Part shown: positions 52,099 through 64,000 of the stretch, in pieces
Position numbering within the stretch: the first letter of the stretch is position 1
Layout: the number at the start of each line of letters is the position of its first letter
NCBI GenBank assembly: GCA_030770535.1
Contig: JASVEC010000021.1
Coordinates: 558,001 to 622,000, forward strand
Direction: 5' to 3'
DNA from: Batkoa obscura
Lineage: Eukaryota
Length of the DNA: 64,000 bases
Notes under the pieces: generated by a model
The model's input: only the letters and a program-made list of their open reading frames with translations
The model's database searches: none
What the model was told of the DNA's origin: nothing
Program-made: the position numbers and the translations under genes

Positions 52099-52986
52099 CT
52101 ATGATAATAAACTTTAATAGTAAGATGAGGAAATGAGGTGAATAAAAAGGAATAACAAAATATCAAACTTAATTAAAGTTGATTAAAATTTAATTAGAAA
52201 TTAATGTTACAACAAAATCCAATTTCATTCAAAAACAATAATTATTCTAAATTGGCTTTTTTAGTGACATAAATTTTCTCAGGCTTTACAAATAATATTG
52301 TATATAGCTTTTTAGCTGGACTATTAAATACATAATCAAAGGCACTAAACCCATTTTGGTTAAAAAGTAAGCAATCAAATTATGTATATCTAATAATTAA
52401 CTAAATAGTATTTACGCTTGCTAATTAACATCAGATTTTAATTGTCTCACTATAATGGGTTAAAACAATACAAATTTTATTAAAGGACACTATTTTAAAT
52501 TTAGTTCTCTTTTCATATGCCTTTTATTTTCTGTTGTATTTTTTAGTAAATTTGCAGCTAGGTCATAATTATTAAAAACATCTTCAGTGGTATTTTATAT
52601 GATAACTGATTATCGATACGTTTTTTAAATTATGGGTGGTATGATTTTTTTGCAGTTTATTTGTTTTATCAAAATTAAAAAAATTATAGGCATTTACTCA
52701 TTTTTGCCAAGTATTGTACTTTTGTATTACTTAAAGCCAAACATTAAAAAGAAAAATTGTTTTTTACATTGTCTCAATTTGTAGTTTTTAATATAAACTT
52801 GTTATCCAGTATAGTATTTGGCTTAAATTTATCAAAATTAGTATGTATAGCTTGTAATATTGATGTAAGTTTATCTATTGAAATTTGTAGAACCTAAACT
52901 TTCACAAATTAGCGTAAGAAATTATTGATAAATTTATGAAATATTGAAAAAATAGTTGTCGCTTAATTAGCACTGCTCAGTTAGTA

Positions 52987-53785
52987 GTGAAACATCATGC
53001 TAAACTTGAAAATGTAATAAGAAACTATATATATAATGATTTAAATCAAAATATTTACTTTAATTTAATTACTCCTTCAAATTACACCTCAAAACCCCCC
53101 TTAATGCTATTTATTCCAAGTGGAGCCTGGATATCAGAAAGCACAAAGCCAAATAGAATTATGGTATAAAACTTAGCTGAAGATCATAGTATTTTAAGTA
53201 CTATATTTCACTATCTTTTGAGTTAAAAGCATTGAAATGACAGCATTGAGCACCCAAACCATACTAGTAATACTGTAAATTCCTTTACTAAATTCCTTCT
53301 TCATCAAGTCGATTTGGTTTAAATGAGAATAAAAATTTTGTAGCTAGCCATTCTTCTGTGCTTATTTAAGTGCTTTATTACCATTGTATACTGACCAGTA
53401 CATTGGTAGTAACAACAACAATAAGTTTTTAAATCAGACTAAACGAGTTGTTTCAACCGATGGTATATTTGATTTAGAATTATCAAATAAATAAGATAGT
53501 TTGTATGTTTATCAATTTATTGAACATACATTTGATACTAATGAACCAGATGCATGGAAAAAGACACCTCCACAATATATCATTACTTCTGACTCATTGA
53601 ACAATATCAGTTATGCTTCATCATCAAAGCATTTATTAATCGATTCTACTGAGGATATCTTTATTAGCTTTCAGCAAACAATCCAATTTGTTGAGCATCT
53701 ACATGATGTTGAATTAAATCAAGTTGATATTATCAAAGATAAACTTGGTGAACATGACCAGGTTCCTACTTATTCCAGAGTATAG
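52987..53785 (+). pseudogene. Degraded alpha/beta-hydrolase, copy C
   Basis: PLMLFIPSGAWISE (HGGAW-like), IEHPNH, ASHSS (GHSxG-like), DGIFDL, HLLIDSTED, LGEH, interrupted by stops and frameshifts. Confidence 0.72.
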
Positions 53786-54144
53786 GGTAATATTTCTAGC
53801 TTTGTTTTAAATCAAATTTAATAAGCAGATTTTAACTTACAATGCTTTTAAGTGTCAAAATTACCTTGGTGGTAATACTGATAATGAACGATTATTATAT
53901 CACAGGATAACTGACAATTAATCTTTATAATCTAAAATATTCTGCTCTGAAAATAAACATACTTTTGCTTTGTTAGACAAGTGGCAAACAAATTTTTTTT
54001 AGAGCAGTTTGTTAGATATTTATGTAAAGAAAACATTTTGCAATCAAATGCCTCGGAATTTGACACCTTTTGCAGCATGTCATTAAAAAATGGTTTAAAT
54101 CACTAAAAGTTCTTAAAGTGAAATCTTCTATTTCTTTGTTTATA

Positions 54145-55014
54145 ATGTTTACAATTTACAGAAAAAGAGTGCAAAAGGAAATAATTAAAGCATTCCAACG
54201 GAATTCAACTAGAGGTCTAACATCAAAATACAATAACCAAACTAAAGTTGGTTATTCACTCAATGATGGTACTATTATTGCTGAAGTACAAAAACAAGGA
54301 AATATTTACGTCATGAAGCTTACAAACAAAGACAATCGATTGACACCAGCAACAATTCCTGTATTGATTCAAGCTATGGATGAAATTGAGCAAGATTTTT
54401 TAACAATACGTCAAGAAGATATCAAAGCATCCAAGTCACTTACTGGTGCCGCCTTAGTCACCATAGGAAATGGTCATATTTATTCTAATGGTCTAGATTT
54501 TGAATTAATAATGTCAGGAAAAATAAGCACTACTGATTTCTTTGAGAATTACTATCATCAATTATGTTTACGAGTACTCAATCTTCCTTTTGCAACTGTA
54601 GCAGCTATTAATGGTCATGCATTTGCAGGTGGTATGATGTTAGCTTTATGTCATGACTACAAAGTGATGCGACAAGATCGTGGATTTTTATGTATGCCAG
54701 AAATTGATTTACCTAGTGCTTTATCTCCTGGTATGATGTCAATATTGAAGACTTCAGTTCCTAATAGTAAGGATTTAAGAGATCTGATTTTACAAGGTAA
54801 AAGGATAAGTGGAAAAGAAGCCCTTGATAAAGGCATTGTGGATGCCATTGAAGTGGAAAGTAAGGTACTTCAAAGTGCAATGGATATTGCTAATAAGTGG
54901 GCTGATAAAGTGGTTGGAAGTAAAGATATTTATAAGCATTTACGTTTGGAAATGAAAAGTGATACAATCAAGTTACTTAAAAACGGCGGTTTAGGATATA
55001 TTCCTAACTTTTAA
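54145..55014 (+). CDS. Enoyl-CoA hydratase/isomerase (crotonase) family, probable delta3-delta2 enoyl-CoA isomerase
   Basis: YSNGLD, TVAAINGHAFAGG, RGFLCMPEID; first in-frame ATG at 54145 gives a basic, presequence-like N-terminus. Confidence 0.88.
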   Translation: MFTIYRKRVQKEIIKAFQRNSTRGLTSKYNNQTKVGYSLNDGTIIAEVQKQGNIYVMKLTNKDNRLTPATIPVLIQAMDEIEQDFLTIRQEDIKASKSLTGAALVTIGNGHIYSNGLDFELIMSGKISTTDFFENYYHQLCLRVLNLPFATVAAINGHAFAGGMMLALCHDYKVMRQDRGFLCMPEIDLPSALSPGMMSILKTSVPNSKDLRDLILQGKRISGKEALDKGIVDAIEVESKVLQSAMDIANKWADKVVGSKDIYKHLRLEMKSDTIKLLKNGGLGYIPNF

Positions 55015-55213
55015 GCATACTTTTGAAATAAAAGTTCAATGTTATATTTTTGTATTCTTATTTTAATTTAATCTTGCTATAGATAAAAACACTTCCAAAT
55101 TGTAAATTGCTTGCTTTAAAGTCCTTAAAAATCTCCTTACAATTTTAGTAAATACTGGGAAGTCAATTTCATGCAGTTGGCCAACACATTCTTTAGAAAA
55201 AGCAATATGATAT

Positions 55214-55310
55214 GAGGATGTATTTTTTTGTTTAAGAATTTTACTACCAATTTTTCTGCTCAGAGCGCTTAAAAAATGGAAAAAGTAATGAAACCGAAAA
55301 ACATCCCCCC
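55214..55310 (-). mobile_element. MITE copy, TSD ATAT
   Basis: Reverse orientation; ATAT flanks. Confidence 0.84.
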
Positions 55311-55927
55311 ATATATAGAGATACCTCTGTTGAAAGTTGGCACAAATTTCTCACTTTTTTGCTCCATAAAAAGTGAATGAATAAATGAAAAATAAACATC
55401 CTTATATTAACGGTCAATTATACATTTACATTGTTAGACCACAAAAGTAATTATAATAGCACTATTAATAAATATTAGTAAATACTGACTTCAAATCATA
55501 CCTTGAAATTTTGTCTTATCATTCTTTATTTTGTTTTGTTAATTTTTTTATGGCTAAATTTTAATACGAGTTCATGGTTACATTGATTTTAGTAACCACT
55601 AAGCTACCTTCTACTTGTTCAGGATTAGTCACCTTTTAGTCTTTTATCAGTAATTTATCAGTCAATCAATATATTGTGTTAAAGTAAAAGTATAAATTAC
55701 ATTAACTTTTAAAGATGATTATTTTTTTGGAGTTAATAGCAATACTCTGTATTTGATTAAGCCCAAAAGTATTATCACTAACTAATGCATCATTTACAAT
55801 TTCCAATAAGGATGTTAGTGATGTTAGTATGTTTACCATTTTACTAATTTAAGTACAGCAGTAGTGGATGATTGACCTAATAGGGGGAAAATACCTCCAT
55901 AGGGATTTAGTAATTTAAATAAATAAA

Positions 55928-56021
55928 TAAGATGTTTTTTAGGCTTAGCACTTTTTCTATCTTTTAAGGATTATTGAGCGGAATATGTTGGAAATTTTTT
56001 AAAAAGAGATATTCACATTCC
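55928..56021 (+). mobile_element. MITE copy, strongly degenerate
   Basis: GATGTTTTTTAGGCTTAGCACTTTTTCTATCTTTTAAG...TTGAGCGGAA matches the left two-thirds. Confidence 0.55.
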
Positions 56022-56700
56022 TATATGCTGTTTCAGCTCCAATTAAATTATTCATTATAAAAAATGGTTAATTTTAAAAAAGCACCCTTGTTGTTAGCCT
56101 TTAACAAGCCTAATGGAGTAGTAGCCGCCTGACTTTGTTTATTAGTAGAACTTGGTTTTTGCAAGATGGATTTAGCTTTGTAAGTGAATTGTACACATGT
56201 TAATTAAGAAATTTATTACTTTTAATATTAAACTGGTTTTTATTTTTGATTCCTTGCTTTTGCACTCACTAGCGTATAAGCAATATAATGAAAACAGTTA
56301 AAGCAGTATTGCTATTTGTTAACTAATAGATAAACTCGAGCTATTTAAAAAAGTTTGGAGGAACTAAAATGTAGATTTCATAATTTAATTATATTACTAT
56401 AGTATTGAATAAATAAGTATTAAGTTTAAATTTTTATATATTTAGCATTTGGTATCTTTATTTTTATAAAAGATTAAAACAGTATAATAATATTTATATA
56501 TCATTTACTGTATAAGTTTTATTTGTTTTACTATGAAATCATTACTAGTATTTTAAAATTTACATTTATTTTTATATATATTTTAATTAAGTTATCAAAT
56601 ATAATATCTTTAATTATTAATATTATTCAGTAGCTTTTTAAAATAATAAATCCATGTATTTTAAGAAATAAAAAATAGAGCTTATTTAGGAATGCTTTTG

Positions 56701-56960
56701 TAAAATCTGATACTCGATGATTGGAGTCAAAAGCAGTTCTTGCTTGGTTGACTAACTGTAAGTCGAAAGATCTTAGTTGGCGTGACTAAGACAAACTTGT
56801 ACTATAAAGGATAACACATAATACCCTACGAACTATGTAAGACAAATACAATAGACAACACCAATGCAAAATCTACATAAAATACTACCAGGAAGATTTA
56901 ATGGCTTTATTAAATGACAAAATTTTTATAGCAAATCAAAATATAAGGCTCTGAATTGAT
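56701..56960 (-). repeat. Second dispersed repeat family, copy 2 (internal deletion of ~120 bp)
   Basis: Diverged inverted homolog of 23290-23667. Confidence 0.75.
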
Positions 56961-57242
56961 TATACCATATGAGTTATAGTCAAATTGACTATAAAACTGC
57001 AACTAGTTTTACAATCAAGTCAAGTGATTATTATGTTATAAGCAATTATAAAACTAATAAAGCAATGTCTTATATTATATTACTTGCTTAATATGTTTTG
57101 TTTTTATTTCATTTTTTTCTTATAATGTTAATATTATCTATCAGATTAAATTAGAAAATTTTAATATTTGAAGCTAACTTTTTTTTGTTTTTATTATTTT
57201 ATTTTTGTTTTTTCAAAGTATTTGATAATATTTTTTAGTAAT

Positions 57243-57326
57243 ATTTTTATTTTTATTTTTATTTTTATTTTTATTTTTATTTTTATTTTTATTTTTATTT
57301 TTATTTTTATTTTTATTTTTATTTTT
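57243..57326. repeat. (ATTTTT)14 microsatellite
   Basis: Perfect hexamer tandem array. Confidence 0.9.
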
Positions 57327-57493
57327 AACACATTATATAGAAAAATATCTTATGTTCTGCTTTATATAAGCTCATATTATTTAAATAAGTAATAATATTA
57401 ATAAATTAGTTATTTAAAATTTAATGTATTTTAATTTTAATTTTACTTTACTTTTCTTAATGTTTGTCTGATTTAAACTTAAAAGTAGTATTA

Positions 57494-57591
57494 GAGGGTG
57501 TTTTTTTGACTTGATTACTTTTTCTATCTTATAAGCCCTATTTGGGTGGAAAATTTGTTAGTAAAATCCTTAAATACAAAAATACATCCTC
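57494..57591 (+). mobile_element. MITE copy, TSD ATTA
   Basis: GAGG...CCTC termini; ATTA on both flanks. Confidence 0.87.
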
Positions 57592-58127
57592 ATTAGCTAA
57601 AACAAGATTTTTATTTATTATAGTAAACATTACAAATGTGTTTTTTAGTTTTATCATTTTTACTTTTTATTCAAACATAAATTAATTGCTTGCCAGAATT
57701 GTTAGTGATTTAATTGATATTGTTTTTATTGTGATAAATTTGCTATTAAATTAAGTTGATAATATAACTTATTAGTTAAAACAAAAGTGATCATGATATA
57801 ACTTTCGTTCAAAACAAATAAAATTAATTTACTGAAAGCTGCTTACTAAATTAGTTCCATTATTTTAAGTAGAATTTAAATTTAAATTTAAATTTAAATT
57901 GCACTTATTAAAAGTAGAACATAGATAAATCGTACAATTTTTCTCATTTGGTAATAAATAGTATATTCACTCTTTTTATTTCTTAAACAGCTTTTGATTT
58001 TAAGAATACATTTTCTTAAAATTATAGTTGTCAAATTTCTCTATGTTTTTAAACACTTAAAGATAGATTAAATCCACTTTACTATCAATTCAGTTTGACT
58101 TGAGAATCTTTTTATAGTACAAAATAT

Positions 58128-58225
58128 GGAGGTGTTTTTTTTAGTTTCATCACTTTTTCTATCTCCTAAGCGCCATTTGAGTGGAAAAGTTATTGCAAAA
58201 TTCTTAAACACAAAAATACATCCCC
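58128..58225 (+). mobile_element. MITE copy, TSD ATAT
   Basis: Full length; ATAT flanks. Confidence 0.86.
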
Positions 58226-58937
58226 ATATATTAACTTTATAGAATCTTCAGAAATATATTTAATTACTAAATCTTTTGATTTCTATTTATCTTTATCGTT
58301 AGATTTTATAGAGTATAATTTTCGAATTTTCTATATTTATAATAGATCAATAATCTTTTGTTGATAATATTATTAAAATGATAACTGTTTATTAATCAGA
58401 TAATAATATGGAAAGTTATAAAAATATAAACTATTTGTATTTTAGTTCTAGATGTTTTTCTAGATATGTTTATAATATATTGAATGATATGAAACAGGAT
58501 GTTTTGATATAAATATTGTAAAGACGATATTAATACACAATTATTAACAAAGAACAATATCCAGAAAAATAGGTTTTTATAAAAGATAGATTATAACTAA
58601 AATGATAATAATAATATTATAATAATGTTATAATAATAAAACTAACAATATAATATTTAATAACTAAACAACCTCAATATTCACTTGATAAAACATGGTA
58701 AATCTTAACATACCAAATATAATTAAATTCACCGTTATATAATAAGTTATTATTATTAAATCGTCACTTAATTAAATCATCTGCTTTAAAACCAATAAAA
58801 TCTATTTTAAGAATTTTAACACTAAGTTTCATTTTGAAATAATCCTCCTTTCTTTAGATGATGTCACCATCAAGTATAAAAACCTCATCTAAAGATTTTC
58901 GCTAAAAATTCAACTTCAAATAAAAATTCAATAAAAA

Positions 58938-59867
58938 ATGTCTGGTCAAGATCCTAATCAACAAGAACGTGGTTTGTTCTCCAATCTCTACAATAAAGTA
59001 GCTGGTGTAAGTACTCAATCTACTACTTTTGATGGTAACTATGGTAACAATAACAATCAAAACCATAATAATAATAACCAAGGTTATCCTCAACAAAATC
59101 AAAATAATTACAATAATAATAATCAAGGTTATCCACAACAAAATCAAAACAATCACAATAATAATAATCAAGGTTATCCACAACAAAATCAAAATCAAGG
59201 TTATCCTCAAGGTCAAAACAATTATAATCAAAACCATGGACCATATAACCCCAGTGCTGGTGCTAACCCACCTGCCGGACAGCCCCAACCCCAATTTCCA
59301 GGTACCTGTGTCCCACCACCAAGTCATCAAGGAGGTGGTAATTGTGTAAATTATAATAGTATTATTGCTTTAAAGCATAATAATACTGGTAGATTTTTAA
59401 GCTCTACTAATCAAAACTATAATTCTGGTTCTAATCAACAACAAATTTATTGTAATCAATGGAATGTTAGTAATAATGAACGTTGGGAAGTATTACCCTC
59501 ATTTCAAGGTGGAGGTAACGGACCAGTTCAATATAATCAACGTATTAGATTAAGACATTGTGCTACTGGACGACAATTACATTCTCATGGTAATATTAAT
59601 TCTCCTGTTTCTCAATATCAAGAAGTTAGTGGTTATGGTAATCAAAATCAATCAGATAATAATGATGATTGGATATTAGAAAAATTTTCTTATAATGGGA
59701 ATAAAGAAGGTGGTAATTGGAATGTCAATGATGCTTTTTGTTTAAAACATGCTAATACTGGTCTTTATCTCTTTTCTCATGACCGTAATTTTAATAGTGG
59801 TACTGAAGTTGCTTGCTATGGTAATGGTAATGATGAAAATAACAAATGGCGTTTACAATTAGCTTAA
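58938..59867 (+). CDS. Q/N-rich N-terminal region plus three MIR (SDF2-like beta-trefoil) motifs, intronless
   Basis: NNNNQGYPQQNQN repeats, then IALKHNNTGRFLSS..SGSNQQQI, IRLRHCATGRQLHSH..SPVSQYQEVSGYG..DNNDDW and FCLKHANTGLYL. Confidence 0.85.
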   Translation: MSGQDPNQQERGLFSNLYNKVAGVSTQSTTFDGNYGNNNNQNHNNNNQGYPQQNQNNYNNNNQGYPQQNQNNHNNNNQGYPQQNQNQGYPQGQNNYNQNHGPYNPSAGANPPAGQPQPQFPGTCVPPPSHQGGGNCVNYNSIIALKHNNTGRFLSSTNQNYNSGSNQQQIYCNQWNVSNNERWEVLPSFQGGGNGPVQYNQRIRLRHCATGRQLHSHGNINSPVSQYQEVSGYGNQNQSDNNDDWILEKFSYNGNKEGGNWNVNDAFCLKHANTGLYLFSHDRNFNSGTEVACYGNGNDENNKWRLQLA

Positions 59868-60147
59868 TTTTACATTAATATTAATTGTTAACGTTATTTA
59901 TATCAAGTATTATTTGTTTATCTTAAACTATTTTATTGAAATAAAGATAAATTTATATATAAAAAAGATTATGTTATTTTTAATATATATATATATATAT
60001 ATTAATATTATTTATTTAGCAAGAATAAGAACAAGGCTAATTAAATTTGAAAGTACAAGTAATAAGTGAAACTAAACAACATCAACATTAAATGAAGTAT
60101 AGTATTATAATAATTCTAATATTATATCATTATATTAATATTACAAT

Positions 60148-62783
<2,636 letters not shown>

Positions 62784-63426
62784 AATATTTTTGGTTTGAA
62801 ATTTATAAAAGGAGTTAAGATATAAATTTTTTATTTTTTATGTTTTTAAAAAGTTGATTGTTTAAAAATAAGCTGTTTTATTGGCTGGAGTATTTTTTAA
62901 ATTTATTAGAGTTAGAGTTGGAGAATGTGCTGATGTGGTTATAATAGTGAAGTAAGAAAAAAATAGAATTGATTGAATTAATCAAGAATAAATTTTTATG
63001 AATTAAATAAAGGGTCCATAATAAAATAACATAATTTATAGTTAGTTGTATTAATATATTAATAATATTTGAGTATTGAATATCACAAGGTTAGTTTAAT
63101 TTATTTATTGCTATTAAAATCACTACTGTTTTATTAAAACCATTATTAGTAACACTCATCAAATTTAATAAAAATAAGTATAAGAAATAATACTGACACA
63201 ATAAGTTAAAGTCAATATTAAAATTGGTATCAAGCTTAAAGATAAAAATAAAAAAATCAGAAATCAAATTTCTACTATATAACTATACCTATTTCAAGAA
63301 ATATTGTTAAAATTTAGTGATATATCCCAATCTATCACTTTTAAGTAACTCAAAAGTCTTGCATCTTATTACAACCTTAAAAATTTATAAATCTCACTAC
63401 TTTCTATTATTTTATTCTTCCGCCTA

Positions 63427-64000
63427 TTACCAATTTACAATACTCTTCATTTCAGTATTATCCACAATGCCTTTATCAAGGGCTTCTTTTCCACTTATCC
63501 TTTTACCTTGTAAAATCAGATCTCTTAAATCCTTACTATTAGGAACTGAAGTCTTCAATATTGACATCATACCAGGAGATAAAGCACTAGGTAAATCAAT
63601 TTCTGGCATACATAAAAATCCACGATCTTGTCGCATCACTTTGTAGTCATGACATAAAGCTAACATCATACCACCTGCAAATGCATGACCATTAATAGCT
63701 GCTACAGTTGCAAAAGGAAGATTGAGTACTCGTAAACATAATTGATGATAGTAATTCTCAAAGAAATCAGTAGTGCTTATTTTTCCTGACATTATTAATT
63801 CAAAATCTAGACCATTAGAATAAATATGACCATTTCCTATGGTGACTAAGGCGGCACCAGTAAGTGACTTGGATGCTTTGATATCTTCTTGACGTATTGT
63901 TAAAAAATCTTGCTCAATTTCATCCATAGCTTGAATCAATACAGGAATTGTTGCTGGTGTCAATCGATTGTCTTTGTTTGTAAGCTTCATGACGTAAATA
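63427..64000 (-). CDS. 3'-truncated duplicate of the enoyl-CoA isomerase gene (5' part outside window)
   Basis: 63460-64000 is the reverse complement of 54303-54843; after GIVD it reads NTEMKSIVNW-stop instead of the native C-terminus. Confidence 0.8.
   Translation of the reverse strand, partial: IYVMKLTNKDNRLTPATIPVLIQAMDEIEQDFLTIRQEDIKASKSLTGAALVTIGNGHIYSNGLDFELIMSGKISTTDFFENYYHQLCLRVLNLPFATVAAINGHAFAGGMMLALCHDYKVMRQDRGFLCMPEIDLPSALSPGMMSILKTSVPNSKDLRDLILQGKRISGKEALDKGIVDNTEMKSIVNW

Noticed and set aside
52204..52900. Possible membrane-protein pseudogene (SGFTNNIVYSFLAG, splice-like sites)
   Set aside because: Too degraded to assign; hydrophobicity is expected from AT-rich DNA.
54070..54144. 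TTG-initiated N-terminal extension in the ORF track
   Set aside because: Eukaryotic gene; the ATG at 54145 is the more plausible start.
57168..57392. 74-aa ORF with IFIFIF repeats
   Set aside because: Translation of the (ATTTTT)n microsatellite.

Overview
Very AT-rich, intron-rich eukaryotic DNA with short GT-AG introns. The gene set is fungal and looks like an early-diverging lineage (possibly Zoopagomycota/Entomophthoromycotina; inference only). About 20 protein-coding genes are supported: SPE3, an SPX-deacylase fusion, ERF4/GOLGA7-like, a Ser/Thr-rich secreted protein, trypsin, SMC6, HUT1, PDI1, SEC65, BET5, CTF8, a GCP5-like gamma-tubulin complex subunit, RSM23/DAP3, PCNA, SNZ1/PDX1, an NDK, GPI13, HMG1, an enoyl-CoA isomerase, a Q/N-rich MIR protein and a kinesin-13. 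The window also holds one tRNA-Asn(GTT), four pseudogenes (three paralogous alpha/beta-hydrolases, one GGPP synthase), about 18 copies of a ~98-bp MITE with 4-bp target-site duplications, a second dispersed repeat, and a recent inverted partial gene duplication. Main candidate novelty: a 7-exon gene (3148-4988, minus) fusing an inositol-pyrophosphate-sensing SPX domain to a Zn-dependent AstE/AspA (M14-like) deacylase, with the domain junction inside one exon. All gene models were read by eye; no database search was run.
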